This document shows positions 28,062-36,978 of a stretch of DNA of 64,000 bases, one piece after another. A program made the position numbers and the translations under genes. The notes under the pieces were generated by a model. The model was given only the letters and a program-made list of their open reading frames with translations, ran no database searches and was not told where the DNA came from. The DNA lies in contig MGHI01000026.1 in assembly GCA_001793155.1 (NCBI GenBank), forward strand, positions 271 to 64,270, read 5' to 3'. Each line of letters begins with the position of its first letter. The stretch's first letter is position 1. Source of the DNA: Candidatus Woesebacteria bacterium RIFCSPLOWO2_01_FULL_39_61 (GTDB lineage Bacteria; Patescibacteriota; Microgenomatia; UBA8517).

Positions 28062-29064
28062 CAATTTGTTTTTGAATTTTCTCTGCTTTATTTCCAACTC
28101 TTTCCTTTAATATGTCCTCCGAAAAGGGAGACGTCAAAATACTATTTGCATCAGCTTGGTTAATTTTATCGTCTAGGAGCCTAACGAAACTGGCAACCTG
28201 ATCGATGGCAAGTGCAACTTGACCGGTGGGGGGTTGATTAAGTTCAGAAGTTTCAAAGGGCTGACCGGGGTCAAACGAGTTTACATAAATAAGAATCGTA
28301 TCTAACGCAGTTTTTGTTTTTGTCCAAGATGTCTTTAATTCTTCCATACTTGTCTCCAGTGATTTTGGCCAATTCTCTGCAAAAAGCTCATCCCCAATTC
28401 TTTTTGCTTTCGGAACTTGCTCATTGTAAATGGTCTGGATTTCGGCAATTGTAGGAGTCTGTTGACTAAAAGAAGAGGGTTTGGGATCAAGACTACTTTT
28501 GAGTTTAATTAGTTTGAACATGAATTCGGCTGCATCTTTGGATTCATCGCTGGCCTCTACGAAAATACCAAACGCTTCGGAAAAGTCAGATATTAAACTT
28601 TTATATGGGCCGAAATATGGAGGTCGAATTTTTGAGATTTTTTCCTTTTGTTCTTGGAAAAATACCTTTCGCGTTTCTAATATTTCAACGGCACCCTGAT
28701 AATCATAATTGTCTTTAACAGTCTGATTACTCAAAACGCTTCCTTCATTTTCAATCTCCTTAAAAAACCCCAAAACCTCACGGGCAAAGCGCTCCTGATC
28801 ATAAACCGCAAAGTAGTAATATCCTAAGGTCCCTCCGAAGGTAAGAAGAATAAAAGCAAGAAGAATTACTAAAATTTTTGCAAAACTTTTTCGTTTTAGT
28901 GGAGGAGTTTTAGCTATCTCTTGAGACGGTTGAGGGAGTGTTTGACTATCTACCTCTTTAAATTTAGGTTCTGTTGTCGGTAATTGTTCTTTGTTTGAAG
29001 TAAGCGTCTTACGGATTTCTAACGGATCAGAGTTTAAGCTTACGGGCAAGTTATTCATCTCCAC
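28024..29064 (-). CDS. Hypothetical membrane-anchored protein
   Basis: N-terminal Pro/Gln-rich region, a single TM helix, then a helical extracytoplasmic domain. Confidence 0.4.
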   Translation of the reverse strand: MEMNNLPVSLNSDPLEIRKTLTSNKEQLPTTEPKFKEVDSQTLPQPSQEIAKTPPLKRKSFAKILVILLAFILLTFGGTLGYYYFAVYDQERFAREVLGFFKEIENEGSVLSNQTVKDNYDYQGAVEILETRKVFFQEQKEKISKIRPPYFGPYKSLISDFSEAFGIFVEASDESKDAAEFMFKLIKLKSSLDPKPSSFSQQTPTIAEIQTIYNEQVPKAKRIGDELFAENWPKSLETSMEELKTSWTKTKTALDTILIYVNSFDPGQPFETSELNQPPTGQVALAIDQVASFVRLLDDKINQADANSILTSPFSEDILKERVGNKAEKIQKQIDEINKKYGESVY

Positions 29065-29089
29065 AATTATTATTTTAGCCTAAACTGCA

Positions 29090-30625
29090 CTAAAAATCAG
29101 GATCTTTTGGTCGATACTGCAGTGCCTCGGCTAAATGGTTGACGACGATTTGTTTTTCGTTAGCTAAATCAGCTATAGTTCGAGCGATTTTAATGACTTT
29201 AAAATAACTGCGGGCGGACAAATTCATTGAAGCCGTTGCGGATATCATCATTGTGCGACACTCGGGGGGAAGGGAGCAATAACTTTTAACGTCTCTTGTC
29301 GCCATTTCGGAATTTGATTTAATTTTCGTCCCTTTAAATCTTGCTATTTGAAAATCACGGGCTCTCTGTACTCTTTTTTGGATAATTTTTGAGGATTCTT
29401 TCTTCACATCCTTATCTTTCTCGACTAATTTTTGAGTTTCAACCGACGGAACATCTACGTGCAAATCTATTCTGTCTAAAATAGGACCGGAAACTCTTTT
29501 TTGATAACGAGAGATGGCTCCAGGTAGACATTTGCAGGCACGCTTGGAATCACCATAATAGCCACAGGGACAGGGATTGCTGGCGGAAACTAATAAAAAT
29601 TGTGCAGGATAAGTTACCGAACCTTTCGCCCGGGAAATCGTCACCACTCCATCCTCCATCGGTTGCCTGAGGGATTCCAGAACATGCCTTGGAAACTCTG
29701 GGAATTCGTCCAAAAACAAAACCCCTCGGTGGGCTAAAGACACTTCGCCGGGGGAAGGATTTGTACCTCCTCCGATTAAACCTATCCGGCTGGTAGTATG
29801 ATGAGGACTTCTAAAAGGACGGGTAGTAAAAATCGATTGCCCCTGCGGTAGATTACCGGTAATTGAATATATTTTTGTAACTTCCAATGCTTCGTCTTCC
29901 GTTAATGTCGGTAAAATCCCAGGCAGTGCCCGTGCGAGCATAGTTTTTCCACTACCCGGGGTTCCCTTCATAAAAATGTTGTGACCACCCGCCGCTGCGA
30001 TTTCCGCGGCTCTTTTTGCTTGTTCCTGACCGATAATTTCTCTAAAATCAAACTCCGCCTCTGTCGTTCTTAATAGTTCTGATAGTTTTGATTTTTGCGA
30101 AGGAAGAATTTTATTGGTGCCGTTGAACATTCGGATTAGTTCAAGAAGTGAACCAACGGCATAAACATCCACCTCCGAAACAATAGAAGCTTCCTTTTCA
30201 TTAACTTTAGGAATAAATATTTTTTTATATTTTTTTTCCTTTGCAAGATAAGCCATAGGTAAAATACCGTTTGTATGACGCAAACTTCCATCCAAGGAGA
30301 GCTCTCCAAAAAACAGACTGTCGGAAACATCCGGTGCAATTTGTCCCGAGGCAATCAGTATCCCTAATGCTATAGGAAGATCGTACGAAGGTCCTACTTT
30401 GGGTAAATCCGCTGGGGCGAGATTCACGGTTATTCTGGTTAGAGGAAAATCAGCCCCGGTATTTTTAATAGCTGAGCGCACCCTCTCTCTTGCTTCTTCC
30501 ACTGCCTTATCCGGTAATCCTACGATAGTGAGGCTGGGAAGACCTTGTTCGGCAACGTCTACTTCAACCTCAATTAAAGTTGCGGTCAGTCCAACGGCTG
30601 CCCCTGAAGTAATTTTTGCAAGCAT
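29090..30625 (-). CDS. comM: Mg-chelatase-like AAA+ ATPase, YifB/ComM family
   Basis: N-terminal Lon-like domain (GLPSLTIVGLPD). Walker A GTPGSGKT. Walker B. Typical 511-aa length. Confidence 0.9.
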   Translation of the reverse strand: MLAKITSGAAVGLTATLIEVEVDVAEQGLPSLTIVGLPDKAVEEARERVRSAIKNTGADFPLTRITVNLAPADLPKVGPSYDLPIALGILIASGQIAPDVSDSLFFGELSLDGSLRHTNGILPMAYLAKEKKYKKIFIPKVNEKEASIVSEVDVYAVGSLLELIRMFNGTNKILPSQKSKLSELLRTTEAEFDFREIIGQEQAKRAAEIAAAGGHNIFMKGTPGSGKTMLARALPGILPTLTEDEALEVTKIYSITGNLPQGQSIFTTRPFRSPHHTTSRIGLIGGGTNPSPGEVSLAHRGVLFLDEFPEFPRHVLESLRQPMEDGVVTISRAKGSVTYPAQFLLVSASNPCPCGYYGDSKRACKCLPGAISRYQKRVSGPILDRIDLHVDVPSVETQKLVEKDKDVKKESSKIIQKRVQRARDFQIARFKGTKIKSNSEMATRDVKSYCSLPPECRTMMISATASMNLSARSYFKVIKIARTIADLANEKQIVVNHLAEALQYRPKDPDF

Positions 30626-30644
30626 CTACTATTACTATACTAAA

Positions 30645-30875
30645 CTAAAAAAGTAGAGTGTAGATAAAAACAAGAAGAAATATTATCAAAATTGCTGTAG
30701 TGTTAAATACCCACCTATATCTTTTAATTTTTCCCTCGTCGTCTTTTAAAAACTTTTTATATCCGCGATAAGATATCTCAACAACAAAAACACTAAAGGC
30801 AAGATATCCAATACTCGCTATTGTCCTAAAAACTGTAATTAGTTCTTCGATGGTAGATCTTGACATCGAACTCAC
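30645..30875 (-). CDS. Small hypothetical membrane protein
   Basis: Two TM helices. Confidence 0.3.
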   Translation of the reverse strand: MSSMSRSTIEELITVFRTIASIGYLAFSVFVVEISYRGYKKFLKDDEGKIKRYRWVFNTTAILIIFLLVFIYTLLF

Positions 30876-31111
30876 TTCAAAAAATCCCAGTGATCAAAAA
30901 TCAACGTAAAGGCGTAAAGAAATAATAAAAGCGGAATTATTCCTGAAATAACAAAAAGCCACCAAAACGACCTTGCCTTCTCTCGGAAAATTGTATTAAA
31001 GGCTTTGTGATTAATATTAATTACTAAAGTCGTCACCGCGATAAAACCAGTAATTGCACCATAGCGCACAAACTCTAAAAACTCTCTGGGAAACACATCC
31101 GGGTTAATCAT
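30872..31111 (-). CDS. Small hypothetical membrane protein
   Basis: Two TM helices. 4-nt overlap with the neighbour. Confidence 0.3.
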   Translation of the reverse strand: MINPDVFPREFLEFVRYGAITGFIAVTTLVININHKAFNTIFREKARSFWWLFVISGIIPLLLFLYAFTLIFDHWDFLK

Positions 31112-31216
31112 TAGTTTGATTTTCTCACAAACAAATTCTCAACTCAAACCTCAAACAGTTGCGAATTTGAATCAATTCTTGCTTCGATTAAAAAAATTTG
31201 TCATGCTGAAAGATAT

Positions 31217-32854
31217 ATGAAGCTACCCGAACTGGAAGAACCAGTTGCCTATTTTTGTAGCGAATTTGCACTAGATAATGAACTTCCTATATATTCCGGT
31301 GGGCTTGGTATACTCGCCGCGGACATACTAAACGCCGCCGCCTTACAACATTACCCAATGGTCGGAATAGGAATTCTCTATAAGGGTAAGGAGTTCATGC
31401 AGCATATAACCGCTGACGGAAAGGAAGAAAAACGCGATTCAGAATTTGATCACGATACTTCATTTTTAAGACCGACGACTGTAAACGGTGAAACCATAGT
31501 TTTTACCCTGCCTTTGGAAAACCAGGAAGTTAAAGTAAAATCCTATCACTTTAGACTTTCGGATAAAACGATTGTTTTTCTTCTATCAACAGACATCGAT
31601 GGAAATCCTCCCGAGTGGATTAATGACATGAATAAGCTTTATGGCGGAGATATGAACAGCCAATTGCGACAACAAATACTTCTGGGAGTGGGTGGAGTTA
31701 TGTTATTAAATACACTAGGAATCAGACCGCGAAAATATCACATAAACGAAGGAAGATCGGCATTTCTTATTTTCGAAGAAACCCATATCCTGATGAAAGA
31801 GGAAGACCTTTCTTTTGAAGCGGCCTGGGCGAAAGCTAAACAAAAAATTGTCTATACCAACCATACTCTGATAGCTGCAGGAAATCCTACTTACTCGCCG
31901 GAGTTGGTTAAGGATTGGATAAAATCTATTGCCAATAAGCTCGGTGTGGAAACCGAATCGCTTATTAAATATGGACTTCAAGATTCTCAATCTTTTAGCA
32001 TTACCCTTTTTGCTCTCAATACTTCTGCAAAACAATCTGCCGTCAGCAAAGTTCATGGCGAATATGCCCGAAGGGATTGGCCTGACTATAACTGGATAGC
32101 TATAACCAATGGTGTACACCTTCACCGCTGGCAGGATAGTGATTATCGGCACCCAGATCTAACCGATCAGGAATTATGGAGTGAGCATTTGGTCAAGAAA
32201 CAAGAATTGGTAGACTCGGTAATAAAACGCACAGGATTTGGGTTTGATCATAAAAGACTTATCATCTCTTGGGCAAGAAGACTGGCTGAATATAAACAAC
32301 CAACCGCGATATTTTCCGACATTCAAAGGTTAAAAAGGATACTTTCTAATCCCGACCGTCCGGCTCAACTTCTTTTCGCGGGAAACTCTCACTCCGCTGA
32401 TCCTAATGCGAAATCCATCATCGAAAATATAATTAAAATTTTTTCTAAAGATCTATCAGGTTACGCAATTTTTGTCCCGAACTATAATATATCTTTGGCC
32501 AACCATCTCGTCTCCGGAAGCGATATCTGGCTAAATACTCCCAAAGGCACGCTGGAAGCTTCGGGCACCTCGGGCATGAAGGCTCTTGCCAATGGAGTTT
32601 TAAATTGCACTGTCATAGACGGCTGGACCTATGAAGTCGACTGGACGGATATAGGTTGGACACTTGACCCCAAAAATATAGCCGAGAGTTTCTATAATAC
32701 TCTTGAAAATGAAATTCTCCCTTTATATTACAAAAGGGGCGCCGACGGACTTCCTTATGATTGGATAAAGAGAATGAAAAAGTCTATAGAGATTTCGCCG
32801 AAATTTTCTGCCGAAAGGGTACTTGAAGATTATAAGAAGTATTTATATAGTTAA
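31217..32854 (+). CDS. Alpha-glucan phosphorylase (GT35 family, short archaeal/bacterial type)
   Basis: EASGTSGMKALANG PLP-lysine motif. 545 aa. Confidence 0.8.
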   Translation: MKLPELEEPVAYFCSEFALDNELPIYSGGLGILAADILNAAALQHYPMVGIGILYKGKEFMQHITADGKEEKRDSEFDHDTSFLRPTTVNGETIVFTLPLENQEVKVKSYHFRLSDKTIVFLLSTDIDGNPPEWINDMNKLYGGDMNSQLRQQILLGVGGVMLLNTLGIRPRKYHINEGRSAFLIFEETHILMKEEDLSFEAAWAKAKQKIVYTNHTLIAAGNPTYSPELVKDWIKSIANKLGVETESLIKYGLQDSQSFSITLFALNTSAKQSAVSKVHGEYARRDWPDYNWIAITNGVHLHRWQDSDYRHPDLTDQELWSEHLVKKQELVDSVIKRTGFGFDHKRLIISWARRLAEYKQPTAIFSDIQRLKRILSNPDRPAQLLFAGNSHSADPNAKSIIENIIKIFSKDLSGYAIFVPNYNISLANHLVSGSDIWLNTPKGTLEASGTSGMKALANGVLNCTVIDGWTYEVDWTDIGWTLDPKNIAESFYNTLENEILPLYYKRGADGLPYDWIKRMKKSIEISPKFSAERVLEDYKKYLYS

Positions 32855-33282
32855 CTGCCTCTCCCAAGATATTTTTTAACCTTCTCTACAACCTGTTCCG
32901 GGGTTTGCATCGCTTTAACCAAATATTCCTTTACACCGAGTTTTAAGGCCCTTTGTCTTTCCTCCTCTTCCGCCAGGTTGGTGAGGGCAACAACCGGGAT
33001 ATTTACTCCCTTGGCATTTTGTCTCAAGTGTTCCAAAAAATCAGTGCCGGACATTCGGGGCAACATGATGTCCAAGAGAATAATATCCACCTGATTTTTC
33101 AAAGAGACGTCTAAAGCTTCTTCCCCGTCTTTTGCGTTGAGGACTTTAAACCCCTCAAAAGTAAATTTCTCGGTGTACATCTTTAAAAGAACCGGGTCGT
33201 CTTCGACTATCAAAATTACTTGTTGGTTTTTATCAACAGCTGGTTGTACCTGTTGGTCAGTGGGCGGTTGTGTGTTATCCAT
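32851..33282 (-). CDS. Single-domain response regulator (CheY-like receiver)
   Basis: ILIVEDDP…LDIMLPRMSG…KEYLVKA receiver motifs. No output domain. Confidence 0.8.
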   Translation of the reverse strand: MDNTQPPTDQQVQPAVDKNQQVILIVEDDPVLLKMYTEKFTFEGFKVLNAKDGEEALDVSLKNQVDIILLDIMLPRMSGTDFLEHLRQNAKGVNIPVVALTNLAEEEERQRALKLGVKEYLVKAMQTPEQVVEKVKKYLGRGS

Positions 33283-33413
33283 ATTTAACTCACTTAATCT
33301 TAAGTAAAATCGTTCTCTTTTTCAAACTGTAAAAAATTAACTTGAACAATGTTACCATACTATTATCCCTTGTTCGGGTTAAATTAGCACTACCATAATA
33401 TTATAGAAAATTT

Positions 33414-33509
33414 CAAGAAGACCACGGGCTTCAGCCCGTGGATGAATTGAACTTTTATATGTCATCCTCCTTAGGGAAACCCCGCCTTTTAAGGCGGGGA
33501 GGATGTCAT
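33414..33509 (-). repeat. Structured repeat element, copy C (minus orientation)
   Basis: The reverse complement reads ATGACATCCTCCCCGCC-TTAAAA-GGCGGGGTTTCCCT…GGATGACATATAAAAGTTCAATTCATC-CACGGGC-TGAA-GCCCGTG-GTCTTCTTG. It is colinear with copies A and B. Confidence 0.5.
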
Positions 33510-33564
33510 TAATCTTGTCTTTTTATTTTAACTTCGAGTACAATTGACTTAGGAAACGGTATTT

Positions 33565-34185
33565 ATGAAAAAAATACAAATTATTTTAGTTATTTTAGCT
33601 TCCACCACTCTTCTTTTTCTTTTTAAAAATAAAGTTTTGGCTTCGGATGGAACTGTTGAGCTGAGAAGCACTCAAGGAACGGATTCGCGTTGCTTCGCTG
33701 CATCTTTGCTAATGGAGGATTTGGCTTATACGATATTAGTAAGCTGTAGAGATCTAATTTATCCGGGAGAATTCGGGCTTATTAATTATGCCCTCTGGGC
33801 TCAACCCACGGACGGAACTAGCACGGTTTTTCTGGGATTGCTCGGTTACGGAAAGTCTACCGTCAGAATCGCTAAACCTTTCAATAGTTTATTTGTGACC
33901 ATTGAAAGCCAAATTGGGGCTACTCCGACTGGTAGGGTGGTAATGCGGGGAAATGTTTCACCGGTAACTTTCTTGGATAGACCGACTACAGCAACTCCTA
34001 CACCCGGCGAGGAAACAAAACAGGGTGAAGAACAAACACAAGAAGGCGAACAGGAACAAGAGCAACAACCTCAATCCACAAGAGACAAACTTTTCCTTGC
34101 CTTAAGGCGCGCGGGCATTGCGGCACTCATCGCACTTGTAGCCTTAATCGGATTAATCTTCGTAGTCACCAGAGCAAGAGGATAA
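33565..34185 (+). CDS. Hypothetical secreted protein with an acidic Gln/Glu-rich linker and a C-terminal TM anchor
   Basis: Signal peptide. -35 TTGTCT / -10 TACAAT promoter. RBS AGGAAA upstream. Confidence 0.4.
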   Translation: MKKIQIILVILASTTLLFLFKNKVLASDGTVELRSTQGTDSRCFAASLLMEDLAYTILVSCRDLIYPGEFGLINYALWAQPTDGTSTVFLGLLGYGKSTVRIAKPFNSLFVTIESQIGATPTGRVVMRGNVSPVTFLDRPTTATPTPGEETKQGEEQTQEGEQEQEQQPQSTRDKLFLALRRAGIAALIALVALIGLIFVVTRARG

Positions 34186-34192
34186 TTAATTG

Positions 34193-35764
34193 CTATTCTG
34201 CCAAGGATAATTCAAACCAAAAGATACTTCCTTTACCAGCTTCGGAATCAACGCCAATTTTACCGTTAAATTTCTCCACCAAAAGTCTTGAAATATAAAG
34301 CCCTAAACCGGTTCCTGTAGTTTTTCCAACATTGGTTTCAACTCTGTGGAATTTTTGAAAAAGCTTTTGCTGTTCTTCCTTGGAGATTCCCGGACCGGTA
34401 TCAACCACCTCGCAGCGGACAGTAGTCGCATCCGGTTGGGAAAGTCGGAGAATAACCGACCCTTGGTCGGTATACTTTATGGCATTACTCAAAAAATTTC
34501 CTATTACTTCCTGAATTCTGTCAGGATCAACTTTGACTCTATCTTTAATTTCGTTTGGAATTTCTAACTCGTACTTTAGACCCTTTCTCTGCGCCTCAGG
34601 AGCAAACTGACTAAACACCGCCCGTGCTGCTTGCGACAAATTCTCTACTTCAACTTGATAAACCATTCTTCCTTCCTCAATCCTGGAAACATTGAGCATG
34701 TTATTAACAAGCCTAACCAGCCTGTCGGTAATATTATTGGCGTCGGCCAAAAAACCACGGGCTTTTTCGGGAATGTCTCCAGTATCCCCCTCCATAACCA
34801 TCGAGACGTACCCCTTTATAGCCGTCATCGGCGCACGAAGCTCATGTGCAGCCATGGAAATAAATGTATCTTTCTGAGCATCAAGGACTTTAAGCCTCTC
34901 AGTTAATTCCGCAAGTTTCTGTCTTTGTTTGACCTCATCCATCACACTCTTTACCAACAAAATCCCAAAAAGAACAACCATAGCAAAAGTAAAAATATCA
35001 ACTAAAGCTTCCGAAAAGGAGCGGGCTAAAAATATTCTGGAAAATAAAACTACCCAAATCACTGTAGTTAAAATTTGTGCCGCTAAGATTTTAATCTTAA
35101 AAAGCTCGTGTTTAACGATGGCATAGGTTACTGATGCAACGAGAATAATGGTAAATAGTGGCCCGGATGGAACTAAGGAAGTTATATTAAAGAAATTAAC
35201 AAGCACGAAATTCGTGATCGTTGCAAGTATAAAAGTTACCGATATTCCGCCAATCAGGAATTTAAGTTGAGATTTCTCTTTGCCTTCACTGACTCGGAAT
35301 TTACGGTAGAGGGTATAAATAGTTAAACCCAAAAATAAAAAGACGTTAAGCGCAAAAAGAGGTAAGGCTGGACCTGGAATCGGAGCAACAAGACCATTTT
35401 TAATTTCCACACTTACAAAAACAAAGGATAAACCAACTAATATTTGAATTGTTAATACAAAAACTATAATTGCAAATAATACTTTTTTTGAAAGGGTAAG
35501 TTGTTCATATGGAAACGCTTTTGAGAGTAAAAAAAGTGTAGGAAACATTGCAGCAGTTAGTATCATAATTACCTTCAGCCAGATAAAAACTACTGAAAGC
35601 GGATAATTCTGTACAGAAAAGTAATTACTCAAAGCCCAGAAAGATAATATTATAGTCAGGATAAAAAATATTTTGTTAGTTGCACTTTTCCGGTTACTTA
35701 CAAAAGATGTAAAGCCTAAAAGTAGGTTACTTATAATAACGATAAGTGTTAAAATAAGAAGCAT
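34193..35764 (-). CDS. Sensor histidine kinase with a polytopic (about 7 TM) N-terminal sensor
   Basis: ISMAAHELRAPMTAI H-box. GTGLGLYISRLLV G2 box. Confidence 0.85.
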   Translation of the reverse strand: MLLILTLIVIISNLLLGFTSFVSNRKSATNKIFFILTIILSFWALSNYFSVQNYPLSVVFIWLKVIMILTAAMFPTLFLLSKAFPYEQLTLSKKVLFAIIVFVLTIQILVGLSFVFVSVEIKNGLVAPIPGPALPLFALNVFLFLGLTIYTLYRKFRVSEGKEKSQLKFLIGGISVTFILATITNFVLVNFFNITSLVPSGPLFTIILVASVTYAIVKHELFKIKILAAQILTTVIWVVLFSRIFLARSFSEALVDIFTFAMVVLFGILLVKSVMDEVKQRQKLAELTERLKVLDAQKDTFISMAAHELRAPMTAIKGYVSMVMEGDTGDIPEKARGFLADANNITDRLVRLVNNMLNVSRIEEGRMVYQVEVENLSQAARAVFSQFAPEAQRKGLKYELEIPNEIKDRVKVDPDRIQEVIGNFLSNAIKYTDQGSVILRLSQPDATTVRCEVVDTGPGISKEEQQKLFQKFHRVETNVGKTTGTGLGLYISRLLVEKFNGKIGVDSEAGKGSIFWFELSLAE

Positions 35765-35814
35765 ATTTTCATTGTACCTCCTAAATCAGAAAAATAAACT
35801 GCTCAAAAGTAAAC

Positions 35815-36978
35815 TTGCAATATAATTTTGACTATTTTGAATCTCAAAATATGGGCGGTGAATTTCTACAAAAACGCACAGTATCAAGGGCTTGGCCTTC
35901 GGTTGAGATTCATGCTATTCAGTATAATTCTGACAATTATTCAGCTTGGGAAATTGAACCGTTAAAAGACTTCGAAGAGAAAACTTGGAGAGAAACTGCC
36001 AAACATTTGGTTGGTTGGGCCACCCTTGCACCGAGCGCGCACAATAAACAGCCATGGATCGTGCAATTAGACGAAAACGAAAGACACCTGTTGATACAGC
36101 CAGATCCTGGTGAGATTGGAGCAGCTTCGGACAAAGAAGGCAGACAAACACACGTGGGTATTGGATGTTTTGTCGCGAATTTATCTCTCGCTATGGGATC
36201 ATACGATATACCGGTAACTTATAAGTTGATAGAATCTCGAAATCAAAAAAAAGACATTGCATCAGTAGTATTTGATTTGAGAGACATCCAAAAAGGACAT
36301 CTGAAAAATCCCCAAGTGTTAGAATACCTCCGTATGAGACGAGCCTATCGAGGACCGTTTGTCGAAGGTTTTGATTTACCAGAACCTTTACTGCGACAAA
36401 TGGAAGAAATAAGCGAAAATGAAGGGGTAACCTTACGGATAATACGTGATCAGGGAAGAAAAAATCTTTTAGGTAAAGCCCAAGCGTTGGCAGATATGGC
36501 GGTACTTAAAATTCCCGCCTTCCGAAACGAATTAGCCAGCCATCTGGTTGTAAACGATTCTACTCAAACAAAGGTTATGCCGGGAAATACGTTTGGGTTA
36601 AATGACCAGGAAGCCCGAGAAGTGCATGATGCGCTTAGCTCATCTGCGCAGATGCCTGGTCATTTTGCTGCCGGATTTCCAAGATCTGACCAGGAAGGTG
36701 TAATAAAATCATCCGCAGTCCTAGTAATATTGGCTGACGAAAAGAAACCTCAATATTTTGTTCGATCGGGTGTTGCTCTCGAAAAATTATGGCTTTATGC
36801 ACAAGCCAACGGATTAGGAGTACGTATTATGGCGGGTATGATCGAAAGTCCTTTACATAACCTGGGATTAAAAAAAATATTGGGTGAAAAGTCAAAACAA
36901 CCGACGGTGTTAGCTTGTGTTGGACTGCCAGAAAAGGATACCTGGCCTAAATCTCCCCGAGAACAAATCATCTTTTAG
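35815..36978 (+). CDS. Nitroreductase-family flavoprotein (enlarged or two-lobed)
   Basis: APSAHNKQPW and RMRRAYRGPF, the nitroreductase-fold signature motifs, in a 387-aa protein. Confidence 0.65.
   Translation: MQYNFDYFESQNMGGEFLQKRTVSRAWPSVEIHAIQYNSDNYSAWEIEPLKDFEEKTWRETAKHLVGWATLAPSAHNKQPWIVQLDENERHLLIQPDPGEIGAASDKEGRQTHVGIGCFVANLSLAMGSYDIPVTYKLIESRNQKKDIASVVFDLRDIQKGHLKNPQVLEYLRMRRAYRGPFVEGFDLPEPLLRQMEEISENEGVTLRIIRDQGRKNLLGKAQALADMAVLKIPAFRNELASHLVVNDSTQTKVMPGNTFGLNDQEAREVHDALSSSAQMPGHFAAGFPRSDQEGVIKSSAVLVILADEKKPQYFVRSGVALEKLWLYAQANGLGVRIMAGMIESPLHNLGLKKILGEKSKQPTVLACVGLPEKDTWPKSPREQIIF

Noticed and set aside
33430-33500. CCCCGCC…GGCGGGG hairpin first read as a terminator for the neighbouring genes
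   Set aside because: No gene reads into it in the correct orientation. It is better explained as hairpin 1 of repeat-family copy C.
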